Below are positions 26,570 through 38,887 of a stretch of 64,000 nt of DNA, piece after piece; positions within the stretch are counted from its first letter, which is position 1; each line of letters opens with the position of its first letter. The DNA is from Penicillus capitatus (taxonomy: Eukaryota; Plantae; Chlorophyta). The notes under the pieces were generated by a model. That model was not told the origin of the DNA and did not search any database. It saw only the letters and a program-made list of their open reading frames with translations. The stretch lies in NCBI GenBank assembly GCA_965649825.1, contig OZ287706.1, positions 496,001 to 560,000 of the forward strand. Direction: 5' to 3'. Position numbers and translations under genes: made by a program.

Positions 26570-27786
26570 CGTTGGAAGTCGTTGTCAAGTCGACAGCGAC
26601 TGTCATGGAGGTTGCAAAGAAGACATTGAAGACATTCACTTTCGAACGTCTTCATTTTTATGGCGCACGGCACGATGTCGGCTGAGGAAGAAGCAGAGCA
26701 GACATCCCTCAAACGACTCTACAGTTCCATGCAGCGTTTTGAGGTCACAGTCTCGGCGAGGGACGTCTGTCTTGACGCTCCACGATCTAGAACAAACTCG
26801 AAGGATGCCAAGGGTACGAAGGCGTAACGGGGGTGGTCGGTCGCTGCCTCTCTGCGACGCCACTGCTCCTTCGCAGCCAGTCGCTTCCTGAACGTAGGAG
26901 CCGGTCTGGGACGCCCTCTGATGCACGCCCGCGTCAGTCCGGGTATGACGTCTCTGTGGGGCATCGAGGTGGACAGCGTCAAGGTGCAGAAAGCGCTGGC
27001 CTTTACGAAGCACATACGCCAAAAACTCGTCGTCGATCAGATCATTGACTCCGCGAAAGTAGCGACGCCCAAGTTCACGCACTCTCCCGTCGAAGAGGTC
27101 GCGCCGCACGGTCAGACACACGGCTTGACGTGAGACTGTGCAGATAGCGTCGCTGGATCCTTACACGCACGTCTACTCGTTCTGGGAAGGCGTTCCCGAG
27201 GAGGGCAAGTGCGCGCTGGGGCGGCTGTTCATCGAATCCGAAACGATGATGGCATCAGATCCCATCAATCTTGCGATAGCAGAGATCATGCGACTGCTAT
27301 AGGGACTGGCCGTCGTGCAGCGGGCGTTTCGGAAGTGCCCGGTGGCGGAGATGGCGAAGCGAGGGTTCTACGTAATCAGCTGAAGCTGTCTATGCGCGTT
27401 CGCATGTCAGGTGCGCACCACAGTGCAGCTGCCGCTCGTCAATGCAGCCGTGTCTGCTCTGCACAGGAAGCGGTCAGGTGTTCCATGCCTACGTCTGCAG
27501 GAAGCTCCCTGCTCCTTAACAGCGGGCAACGGTCGGGGCGATCGCCACGCCGAAGAAGAACTCCAAGCGCTATCGCATCACGATCCCTTGCATCCCTGCA
27601 ACCGACCGATGCAGTAGCAGGAGAGGCACAGAGGCGATTCTTGCGGAAGAGCTGTCTGTCGCGCGACGGTCCCTCGGCAGACTGGAGCTCACGGGGCGTC
27701 CACTGCGCCACACCGTATTTAATCCGATTGGCTCATCTCCACAACGCAGAGACAAGAGCATTCCAGCAAGAATATTCAAAGAATAA
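26570..27786 (+). pseudogene. DOT1-like SAM-dependent methyltransferase pseudogene
   Basis: FLNVGAGLGRPLMHA (motif I, 26885-26926), WGIEVDSVKVQKA, LDPYTHVYSFWEGVP, GLAVVQRA, RMSG|SGQVFHAYVC; frameshifts and in-frame stops. Confidence 0.55.
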
Positions 27787-28087
27787 CAATCCTTCTTCGA
27801 TCAGCAGTGGAGACTAGCGAAATCGACCGTCGGACATCACTCTCGTGGCTGCTTGAATTCCTTCTCGTGGCGGTCGACGCGAGTGATATCCGAGTAGATC
27901 TCCATTTTTGATCGTTGTGATCGAAACGCGCGATCTGCTGAATGCGTTTTGATACCGATGCTGAATGTCACATCGAGACGATTCCATCCTTTTTGCGATT
28001 TAAACGACTGTTCGTACATTCGTTCGTTCGTTTGTTTTTGCGAACTGTGTTTTTCCTGCGAACTCGGATTTGCGAATCTCCTTTACG

Positions 28088-31000
28088 ATGGATCACGATA
28101 TGCGCGGCAAACGCAGACGTTCACCGCAGGGGTCATCCAGTAGGGTCACCAGTCGATCTCGGCACAACCCCGTCGAGACGACGGCGGCGCCGAATCTGCA
28201 ACCCATTCGGGACCTATTTCGAATCCTCAAGTTGTTCCAGGCGGCCCAGCCAGACGACGGGCCATACGATGAAGATTGGTACCACTCGGTGCTGCAACAC
28301 GCGCGGTCGGAAACGCCACAGGAGAAACGCCTGGCCGCGCGAATGCTGAGGAGGATGGCGCCGAAGTACCTGGGCAACATCGACACGACTGTCTCTGCGC
28401 TGATCGAAATCAGTTCCTGGCGACCGGAACTTCGGATTCAACGAGAGCGCAGTCTGTGCGAAGAGACGCGTCACGACGCGCTGACCGTCCTCGACGACAT
28501 GTTCGAGTGGACGACACCGGACATGAGGCCCCACTTCATGAAGATCATACCACATCTCTTCCGGTTAGCGACACAGCAGCGAAGTTCATGGTGTGATGTG
28601 TGTGACCGCAGGCAACTGTACGAGCTTCGCAGGCACATGGATCACTCACGCACCAGTCTCGGTATCCCCATCGATCTGACCCCCGAGCGCACCGAGTGCT
28701 GGATGATTCTGAATGCCCTGGCCAAAGGGCTGAAGCACTACGCAAGAGATATATTGTCCGAGTGCGTCCGCATCTGGACAGACATGTCCAAGCCTTATCA
28801 CGAGTCGGCCAATGTCTTTTTCAATCGCATCCTGCTGCCGCCAGAGACACCAGACAACTACAGTCTGGCATACGAGATTCACGCCTCCGACAAAGATCTC
28901 CTCAGATGGACGCTCAACATGCTCAACAGCGTCATCGAAAGTGAGATCAACGATGATGCGACACGACGTGGCTGACGCATCGTTTGGGTGACCCTTGCAG
29001 GAAGGCAGCACACACAGCATCCGGACTCTTCGTACATGAGACACGTATACAATCTCAGGAACGTCCTCATCCGCATACAGGAAGCGGAGAGGAAGAGAGA
29101 GCACGAAGGATGTCCAGAAGAGTCACACCTCGCCGCCCGCTCCGGGCCGGATGGACTTCGATCGCGCACGACAGCGGACGCCTACGCCGCCAAATGGGCC
29201 AGAGCTCGACGAAAACTGATAGAGGACAAGCAAGCAAAAGAGCTGGGACACGAGAGAGAAGGGCGTCCGAAGAAGTCGCTGCGTCATCGCGTCGAGTCTG
29301 GACCCAGTCTCCCGCAGGACCAACCCGGACGACAGTCCCTTCCGCCGACTGGGCCCGTGCCCTACGCCCCTCAGATCCCTGCCACACCCATCGATGATCC
29401 GGCGGTCATGTTGAGCAGGGATTTTGAGCGCGGTAGGTTCAGGAAGGCTCCCGGGGGATAATGAGTGGGTTGGATGCAGGATCCGCATCCTGTTCGGTGG
29501 CCGACCAGTACGGACCCGTCATCTGGTTCATGGCTCTGCCTGGAAACCTGAGAAACGGTGACATTAGTGATGCATGTAACGAGTATGGAAGGGTTTCCGG
29601 AGTTCTCTTTCCCCGAGTCTCGCTCGCCAGAGCTCTCGTCGTGTTCGATTCTGCAAAGTTTGGAACAGTGCTTTCCGATCAGTCCGATCTCACTTGTCAT
29701 TTCTAGGGAGGCCCTGAAGTGTTACCAAGGGCTGAAAGGGAATCCAGAATACGAAACGGAACGCCCAGCATTCATGCTGGTTCCATCCGTACGGTGCATG
29801 AGGGATGAGTACTACTCGGCCTTCCTGTGGATGGACGCATCGCATGCGCACTCAACGATCCACGATCTGGTCAGATGCTTTGACAGCGACGGCCGCCGTG
29901 CTCCGCAGCACATCATCAAAGTCGACGACTCTATCCGAAAGGGTGCCCCAACCTCACTGATGACGCTCATTCTTCAAAGAGTGATCTATCCGCAGGATTC
30001 TTGATCGAAGCTCCGACGATCGAGAAGATGACGGTGTGTTTGCGCGTCCTGCAGCCCGCGCTTAGGAATCTCGATCGTCGCTATCCTGTGAAAAAGAGAT
30101 CGAGGAACGATCTGCTACCTCGCGAAGAAGAGGCGAGCCAGGAACGCCGCGTGTCGCCGAGATCTCTGTCTTGGTCTGATCCTGCTGCCGACATCGGTCC
30201 TAGCCGCGAACGGCCTACACAGTCCCTCGCTGAAGGTGCCTGAGTCGCGAAGCATCGAGCATCGTTCTGCCGATGCATGCTCATCGATCGTTTATTCAGA
30301 TCGGGGATACGAATCACCGTGTTTTTAGGGAGGGTCAAGACATCGACTGTAAACACCAAAGACAGAAAGAAGGCAGATCGTGGATTTGCCAGAGAAGCCA
30401 AGCGCAAGAGTCCATCTGTATCCAGGGCGTCTGAATCTGACCCGGACACGTTTGATGCACCGACAGAGGCTACTACTAGAGACACTGCAGATAAGAAAGC
30501 CCAGAGAAAGCCGAAGAAATCCCGAACAGCAGAGGCGCCTGCAAGTCATTCGGCGCCTAAGTACAGAGAGACGAAGGCAGTTACCCAAAGTACAACGAAC
30601 CTGCAGTGTACTTATAATGGAAATCTCTTGTTCACTGTAGAAGAGGAGTCCAACAGTAAAGAATCTCGACCAAAGCCAGCAGACATTCCTAATCCGACTC
30701 CACAAACATCAAGTCCCGGAGAAGAAGTCGCGGTCGAGTCTTTGACAGTCTTATCGACCCAAGCAGAAGACAAACAACCTGTGCACGAAGAAGATGCATC
30801 TCCAAGCCATAAAGAAGACGTTCCGAATAAGTCTTCAACAGTCGTATCAGCTGCAGTGGAGCAGCAAGATGAAGATGACAACAACAAATCAAGTCCAATC
30901 GAGCAGCCCATGCACGAGTCCTTTGAAGCCCTGTCAAAGGGTGCGGAGAAGCCAGCGTCTGTAGAAGAAGATGTTTACTGTCCAAGCCATAGAGAAGGTG

Positions 31001-33960
31001 TTCCTGATGAGCCTTCGACAGTCCTGCCAACTGAAGAGGAGAAGAAGCAAGCTGAAGATGAAGATGCCGTTCCAAGCCCTAGCGAAGACTGTCATGCCGA
31101 GTCTTCGACAGTTCTTCCCACCGATGTGGAGCTGCAGCAACCTGTGCACTGCGAAGATGTCTGTCCAAGCCCTAAAGAAGAAGACTTCGATGCTGAGTCT
31201 TCGACAAGTAAGCCAACCGACGCAGAACAGCAACAACCTCTACCTGACAACGACCAATCATCCTTCCTCGTCGAAGAGCTTTCACGCAAATTATCCATAT
31301 CAGATTCATTGCCGACCGAGAAAAGCATGCAACATCGTCCTTTACATCAAGCCTCCTTGTGTGTGAGATATGTTCATTTACACGAATACGAGAGAGCCTG
31401 TCCTATCCTCACTGACGATCTTTTACACGGGTCACCAGATGACGCGCCAGAAGAAGCCGGGTGTGTCACACCAGAGCCTACCCGGAGACACTCAGGCCTT
31501 CTCCGTGATTCCGCGCCCGGATCGCCAGATGATGCACCACATGAAGCCGAGTGCGTCACGCCGGAGCCAACCAGAAGACACTCAGGCCTTCTCCGTGATT
31601 CTGAACCCGGATCACCAGATGAGGCATTAGACGACGCCGAATGTGTCACACCAGAGCCTACCAGGAGACACTCAGGCCTTCTCCGTGATACTGAGCCCAG
31701 ATCACCAGATGACGCGCCAGAAGATGCCGGGTGTGTCACACCAAAGCCTACCAGGAGACACTCGGGCCTTCTCCGTGATACTGAACCCGAATCACCAGAT
31801 GACGCATTAGACGACGCCGAATGTGTCACACCAGAACCTACCAAGAGACACTCAAGCCTTCTCCGTGATCCCGCGCTTGGATCACCAGATGAGGCATTAG
31901 ACGACGCCGAATGTGTCACACCAGAGCCTACCAGGAGACACTCAGGCCTTCTCCGTGATACTGAGCCCGGATCACCAGATGAGGCATTAGACGACGCCGA
32001 ATGTGTCACGCCGGAGCCAACCAGAAGACACTCAGGCCTTCTCCGTGATTCTGAACCCGGATCACCAGATGAGGCATTAGACGACGCCGAATGTGTCACA
32101 CCAGAGCCTACCAGAAGACACTCGGGCCTTCTCCGTGATACTGAACCCGAATCACCAGATGACGCATTAGACGACGCCGAATGTGTCACACCAGAACCTA
32201 CCAAGAGACACTCAAGCCTTCTCCGTGATCCCGCGCTTGGATCACCAGATGAGGCATTAGACGACGCCGAATGTGTCACACCAGAGCCTACCAGGAGACA
32301 CTCAGGCCTTCTCCGTGATACTGAGCCCGGATCACCAGATGAGGCATTAGACGACGCCGAATGTGTCACGCCGGAGCCAACCAGAAGACACTCAGGCCTT
32401 CTCCGTGATTCTGAACCCGGATCACCAGATGAGGCATTAGACGACGCCGAATGTGTCACACCAGAGCCTACCAGAAGACACTCAGGCCTTCTCCGTGATC
32501 CCGCGCTTGAATCGCCAGATGAGGCACCACATGAAGCCGAATGTGTCACACCAGAGCCCACCATAGGATTTTCACGTCGTTACCATGACGATGCACTTGC
32601 ACCTGAGTCGTCTGAAGCCGTTCCAGCCGAAATTGATTGCGTCACTCGACTGCGCCAACTCTACCAGTTAAGCCCCGTCGAGAATCCTGCACATGTATCG
32701 CCAGAAGCTGCACCAGACAAAGCCGAGTGTCTCACTCCGGAGCCCACCAGAAGGTATCCAACTCTTCACCGTGATCCTGTACCCGCTGTCCCAGAATCAT
32801 CTGAAGCCATACCGACGGAACTCGAATGCGTCACTCCAGTGCACCGCAGTCCATCGAACCCAGTGGATGATCCTGTCACGGAACCGTCCGAAGCCATGCC
32901 CGCCGAAGCGGAATGCCAAACGCCTGTGCACGAAGAGATCCATCAAAGCCCTATCGATGGATCTGCACACGTGTCGTCTGCTTGCGAGCAAGCATCTACT
33001 GTCAAAGAGGAAGCAGCAATGACGTACGAAGACTATCTGAACATGCTTGGAAAGAGACCTGTGCATGAGTCTGCGAATGATCTGCCGCTCGATGCAGATC
33101 GACGCAGTCCCGCACACGGAGGCTTCTCAGCAAGTCATGGTTGTGTTCTTGCGCACGAGTCTTCCAATGCACTGCCAGTCGAAGCAGCGCAACGGAGTCC
33201 TGCCCGTGGACACAACCATCCGAATCTGAGGACAACGTTCGTACCCGAGTCGTCTTCGTCGTCTCGCCCCTCTGGAAGAAGCGCACCAACAGACCCGATG
33301 GCTCCATCGGGTTCTGGCGAGACACCTGAAATCGAAATCATCGAGCCTCTCCCCTCGTACTGGACAGGCCATCCATCGAGTGGTGTCGGCAATGACGATG
33401 ATCTGATGTGCAATCTCGTCGCCTTCTCCATGTTCCAAGAAGACGGACAGGCGGATCCAGATGACTTCATTCGTCAGCAATCTCTTCTCCTGGATGCCTA
33501 CAGAAACGCTCGAGACGTCAAGGATCAGCAGCCCGTCGACAATCCTGCCCAGGTGACGCAGCCAAGCATCCCCCAGCAGCCTCCGGACGGTGCATGGACC
33601 GGCAAGATCTTCTTCCGCGAATGCGAAATCACTGGTGCCACTGCAGAGTGTCCCATTTCATTACCTCCTCAGCTCACGATCGAGGCAAGAGTTCCTATGA
33701 CATACGTTTTCAGATTGGCCGAAAACCCAGCGATCAAGAAAATCGAGCATCACTTCTTCCAGATCACTCCCACTGTGCCCAATCGCCTCTTCCACAAACT
33801 GCTGAGACATCTCAAGGGCCGTAAAGCCGCTGGCGTTGTGCACCTCCAAGGGTTCAACATCACTCTGTATCTCGTTCCTGCCTTGGAATCCAGCTGCATG
33901 GAACTAGGTGTCGTCGAGGATCCAATGAACAAACTGGTCTGTTTTTTGATTGCGACATGA
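28088..33960 (+). CDS. Large nuclear protein: API5-like N-terminus, RRM(s), acidic SP/TP-rich tandem repeats, C-terminal SPOC domain; multi-exon
   Basis: YHSVLQHARSETPQEKRLAARML (API5-like), IWFMALPGNLRNGDISDACNEYGRV..ARALVVFDS (RRM), WTGKIFF..LPPQLTIEARVP..LLRHLKGRKAAGVVHL..LYLVP (SPOC). Phase-compatible introns join the ORFs (e.g. ~29943-29996, ~30237-30328). Confidence 0.7.
31429..32598 (+). repeat. Coding tandem repeat: 13 x 90 bp (30 aa, GSPDEALDDAECVTPEPTRRHSGLLRDTEP) with a 360-bp higher-order duplication
   Basis: Visible directly: 31789-32123 is identical to 32149-32483; degenerate units continue to ~32950. Confidence 0.98.
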
Positions 33961-34254
33961 CGTGAGATGCTGTCGATGCGCGTGTCTGTTAAACATGTTG
34001 TTGTCTTTGATGTGACAGCTGTTCACACGCAACATTCATTGTTAATCGATTATAAATTCGACACGTCTTTGCGCGACATCGTTGTGACGAAGTTATCGCC
34101 GCGCTCTTCTCTGGCGTCTCTGTCGGGATCTCTCTCAATCACGCGTGCCTCCATCTGCCCTCGCACGGTTGACCTTCTGTCGTGTCTCACTGATTGTCAT
34201 GCACTTGAGATTCTGTACCGAGCCTGTCTTTTAAGTAATCCAGTGCTCTTTAGA

Positions 34255-35690
34255 CGGCACAACGGCAGCATGGCATGGAATGTCGCGATGCAAACTTCTG
34301 CCTTGATCTTAACAATCCGGGCCTCGTAAGCCTTGGAGGAAGGAATTGATCTCTCTTGCAAGGAAAGCCACTTCATCGTCTGCAGAGATCGCCTTTGCGA
34401 TACGACGTTTTCCAAAGCTGCCCACCAATTCGAGATGTTGTACTGTATCGTGGCCGCTGGTATGGTGGGTCGTCATCTGCCGCAAACCGCAACAACGTCG
34501 CTCATTCGAAGAGAGTGAATTGGTACTTCTGCTCTCCTTAATTCGGATGTGTTGCCGAATATCTGTTGAGTCAAACAACCCTGCATTATCCCTTCCAGTT
34601 CATTAGATTTGTCTTCTTCACTGGTTTCTGCTTGGGAGATACAATATTGGGAATCGAGAGTTCTTCTGATTTCAAATTCTGTCGCAGTGATCGTGATCCG
34701 CTCACGGCCGAAGCAATATGGGATATAGGGTATCAACGGGAGGCTAAAGAGCGAGCTAAAGATAATAGGAACAATCCAAGCCGTTGCTACACACCAAGAA
34801 TCGCTTAAAATGCAAACATATCACGGAAACATACGTTCGGATGGATATCGGACGATGGCAACAACTGTCAAGGGCACAACTACCGAGCAGCAGATTAGAG
34901 CCACAAAAAGATACTTGTGTCCTAAAAACAATGGCGACGAGATTCCCTCGATCTCAGTTTTCGAGAAAGGACAATTCAGTCTGACGATGTTTTACCGCCA
35001 TAAGACGCAGGAGGGATGTGTGCCTGAAGATAGGTCTTTCCACGTCTGACGACGCACGATTTTCCTGGTCCTTGTTTCCTCTCTTCCGCTCTCGAAACAC
35101 TGGACGAACAGGATAGCGTTCGAGTTCACCGCCGGCACCTCTCAATTCGCCTCACCTTCCTCGCCAGTCAGCAGTAACGCCCGATTGCGTTCTCTGCGCA
35201 TGAACCTGAGCGACACACCGAGTGTTCACTTGCAGGAAGCACCCGGATGACAAGGCAACGTACGATGACAATGTGATAGATCTTCTCTGTTCCAACTTCT
35301 CTCTCAAAGGACTCATTGTTCTGTCGAGTGCCATGGTGGAGACGGTTACACATTTCCTGAAAGCGAGAGAGCTAGGCGCGCGCGTTGGTCTACCTGCTGA
35401 GACGCCTACTTGTTTCTGTTTCTCGTAGATGTCTTGTCGGATGGAAGAAGCGGTGGTCTCCAGTGAAAGACATTTCACAGTGACTGGGCGTTTGTCTGAA
35501 AGCCTCTCGCACTAACACACGTCGACTCAGAGTGGAAAATGGATTGTCCGGACGGCAGAGCCACACCTCGTAGATGTATCCGACTGTCGAAAGACGGACG
35601 CGGAGGACGCGAAAGCGTCCGTCGATAACGGCACCTTCCGAATACATCATTCAACGTTTGCAAAGATGGGGATCGTTACTGTTGGAACAT
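34255..35690 (-). pseudogene. SRPK-like (CMGC) protein kinase pseudogene, copy 1
   Basis: GAVIDGRFRVLRV..VWLCRPD (N-lobe), frameshifted HCD/LKSE (catalytic loop), IFGN (DFGN-like), QHLELVGSFGKRRIAK; homologous to 49000-50420. Confidence 0.6.
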
Positions 35691-35889
35691 GGAATGGCAC
35701 AGGCAACTGACGTGACGTTATCATATAAAACGATGTACAGACTCACGTGTAAGAATATCCGTCCGCTTTGTGTCTACTCGTGGCCTCGACAAGCGTCGAC
35801 GCATGGAGTGTACATGTCAGGAGGCAGACTCATCGATGCAGTAGACGACTAGCGTACGGACGCTGAGGGTAGCATCTCAAACGGTGAGT

Positions 35890-36562
35890 GAGTTGTGTAA
35901 TACTAGACGGACGGGATTCCTGGACCAACACACCATGTGTCTCGGGAAATGGGACGCCTCGTGTCTGCGGATCGTGAAGGAAACAACAAGGGTTTCACGA
36001 AAACGGCGTCTTGGTCGAGGGCCGTCCGAGAATTGACATGCGGTGTGGTAATGTGTTGCGTTCGACGTGATGTGACGTCGGATGTGTGGCCAGATGAAGG
36101 TTTTGTGCAGAAACTGGTGAGCGTGCATCAGATTCTGGACAGGATCGTTGTCGAGAAGGCTCCAGCTGTGCGGCTACTCTTTGCTGCGGAACGCTCTCAC
36201 TTTTTGGTGATTAGATGTGCGTTTGGTTGGCAAGCGTGACGCCGAATGGCAAAGGATCTGCTTACGCTTACCTGCGTGACGAATCCGGAGAGGTAGGCGG
36301 AGCGATCTGCACAGAAGTGTTCGATCATTTTCCCGAAGTCGCAGAAGGATCGACGCTGTTGCTCAGACAGGTCGGTGTTTCTCTCTCACTCTTTTCTCAC
36401 TCCTGTCCCTCTAGGTTCCTCTCTTCGCCGCGCCACTAGGTGACGTGAGCTTCGTTCTCAGACCGGAGTCTATTCAAAAGGTAAAAGATCACTCACGCAC
36501 CTCGCAACACGCTGTGTGATGGGACGTGTGTGAGTCAGGTCTTTGCGGATGGCGATGGATAA
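35890..36562 (+). CDS. HROB/MCM8IP-like OB-fold protein (start not resolved); multi-exon
   Basis: IPGP, FTKTASWSRAV, SVTPNGKGSAYAYLRDESGEVGGAI..EGSTLLLRQ|V, FVLRPESIQK|VF resemble the DUF4539/HROB OB fold. Confidence 0.6.
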
Positions 36563-36814
36563 GACTGGTAAAAGAAGGACGGATCAATTTCGTTGCATCA
36601 CTCATGTACGTGAAAGAAAGCATTCGAGCCAAGAAGCTGAATTCTCTGTGTGTTTACCTAATGTCATTGCACCCATCTGTATCAAGTCTTCAGATCGGCA
36701 TGCCTTTACTGTTGCCGCTGTTGTGTTGGATGCTATGCCTGTCTTCAAGCTGTAAAGCTCATGGGCAATTCTTGCAGACAAACGTCACATCATCTAGCGT
36801 CGCCTCGTTCGTAC

Positions 36815-37320
36815 ATGGCAGCTTCCAGTTGGTCGCGCATACGACCTGTTGTCGTCTATGCTGGCGGCGTGGTTCTGACGGGAGCGACGCTCTGGTCATT
36901 GGGCGAAGCGATCAGCAGCTCCGTGACGCACTCTTACTGTCGAAGGTAGTCCGCTCGTCTCCAGAGTGGAAAGCGAAGGGGACTGTCTCAGTCAGGCCAT
37001 ACGTTACCTCGACGCGAATGCCGCTTTTCAGGAATGGTGGGGCCTGCCGGTCGTGCCAGGTGTCAGGTGCCTGGTACAATGATTCGATCGCTTTCTCGCA
37101 CCAAGGTCACATCGCCAAGTGTGACATAAGATTCGATGCCACGAAACGCAGGTCGGATGTGATCGTTCGCGTCATCCACGACCCAGGCTGGCCATCGACC
37201 GTCCTCTACAACATCTTAGGCGACGGACGGTGGAAAGTGCTGTCGTGCGAAGCGATGACAATCGATCGAGGCGGTCGAGCACAGCGTATGGAACTGCAGC
37301 CTCCAGAAGGCGAGGCATAG
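36815..37320 (+). CDS. Coa1/Tim21-like mitochondrial inner-membrane protein
   Basis: Single TM segment near the N-terminus, then VSGAWYNDSIAFSHQGHIAKCDIRFDATKRRSDVIVR; intron needed near 36945-37065. Confidence 0.55.
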
Positions 37321-37431
37321 AGAAGAGAGCGAGAACGTTGTCCGTCACATTTTTAGATGACCAAACGTCACTGTCAGTACAGCAGTATAAGGAATAGTAG
37401 TTTCATTCATCACCCAAAGCCGGTTCCCGTT

Positions 37432-38118
37432 TTAGACCACGGGTGGATACTTGAGAGCTTGTTGACGCACAGTTTCAAAGTACTTGCTTCTGTTCGTATT
37501 GAGCATCGTGAACGCCTCGGATTGGGCAGGACTGTTGAGATTGGGCTCGCTCAGCAATTCCTACAGATAACAATATTCTTTCGATGTGACACGCCAGGCA
37601 GGATCTCACCCGAATGCCGACGAGGATCTGCTTCACCGTCAGAGAGGGACGCCACGCCTCCTCCTAACGAATGGCCCGATTGCACGAAGAGTGATACAAA
37701 AGAGTGAGCAGCGCACTTCGTTGAGGATGCTCAGACAGACGGTGCCGGAAGGATAGACATTCGGATGAAAGAACCCTTCGGGAAACTTGCACTGCCACAC
37801 ACGGAAAGGTGCTTTAGTAAGACGCCCAGCCTCAAGGCGTTCGGACTTTGGGCGGACGGGTTGGGTACTCATCAGGAAATTCCATTCGAAGGGGATAGAA
37901 TCCGTTTTCCCACGGCGTTCCAGGTTTGCCGGGGATGCGGCAAATCCAGCAGGCGAGGTTGACAGTTCTGAAGAGAAGCCAGGGGAGAAAAGGAGTGGGT
38001 CTGTCTTGCCTCACTGGTCCGGTCGTCTTTCTGGACGCGCGTGGTATCCGAACGGCTTATCTTTGCGCCAGTTCTTGCGCTCTTCTACGAGGCGAGCCTG
38101 CGCCACCTCGGAGGCCAT
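37432..38118 (-). CDS. UBC9: SUMO-conjugating E2 enzyme; multi-exon
   Basis: [67 protein letters not shown]. Confidence 0.96.
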
Positions 38119-38395
38119 CCTTCTCAAATAGATGGTTTGGTGGCACGAGGAATAAATGACAAAATCGCGTCATTATCTGCCTCGCCTGTCTTGCCGCATA
38201 CCCACCTACTCTTCCACGCTGTTAAATCTACCGCTGGTGCGAGTGCCGATCAAACACGCCACACAACGCAGAACTGAAGAAGAGCGAGACTGTGACTGAC
38301 TTGATGTCACGCGCATTCTTAAACAGCAGTCCACTCGAAAGGTATCATCCTCGGAAGACATTGCCAAGAAGGGCATCGTGTGAGAACTCGGTTCT

Positions 38396-38735
38396 CTACT
38401 CTGTCACGGCAATGGCATCGATTTCGACCTTGGCCTTAAGGGGGAGTCCTTTCACCGAATAGGCCACAAGCGCCGGCGGATCTTCTGCGAAGTACTTGGC
38501 TGGACAGCGCGAAGGTGTCTCATTTATCACAGGCGACAAGGGAGATACTGTAGACGGCATTGACTTCCTTGAAGTCTTCGATCTCCGCCAGCAGCAGAGT
38601 GGTCTTCACGACGTTGTCGAACGACGTCCCCGCCGCTTCGAAAACGACCCCCATGTTGTTCATCTCCTGATCTGTTTGCTCAACAGAACTCTCCGAAATC
38701 AGCTTGCCCGTGTAAACCAAGAGACCTGTGCGAGT
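38396..38735 (-). pseudogene. RidA/YjgF/UK114 fragment lacking the N-terminus and the catalytic Arg
   Basis: TGKLISESSVEQTDQEMNNM, VVKTTLLLAEIEDFKEVNAVY|intron|KYFAEDPPALVAYSVKGLPLKAKVEIDAIA*; the PAR motif reads PAL, and no GPYSQA exon was found upstream. Confidence 0.7.
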
Positions 38736-38887
38736 GAACGCTACAAAGGACGATGCTTTCGACATCGCGCCCTTACGAACACGTTCCTTTTCCGCAGCGC
38801 CATTCGCCCCGCGTCTGATTGAATGTCGATGACAGACGGTGTAAGAGGCGGAGTACTTGAATGAAACGAGATGGATACAGAAATCGA

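Noticed and set aside
31429-32598. CRISPR-like array
   Set aside because: The units are contiguous in-frame coding repeats without unique spacers, inside a eukaryotic gene.
35884-35906. 23-nt GT-AG micro-intron in the HROB-like gene (and similar 24-25-nt candidates near 10105 and 53100)
   Set aside because: They occur only in poorly resolved gene models, whereas well-supported introns here are about 45-60 nt. Transcript data are needed.
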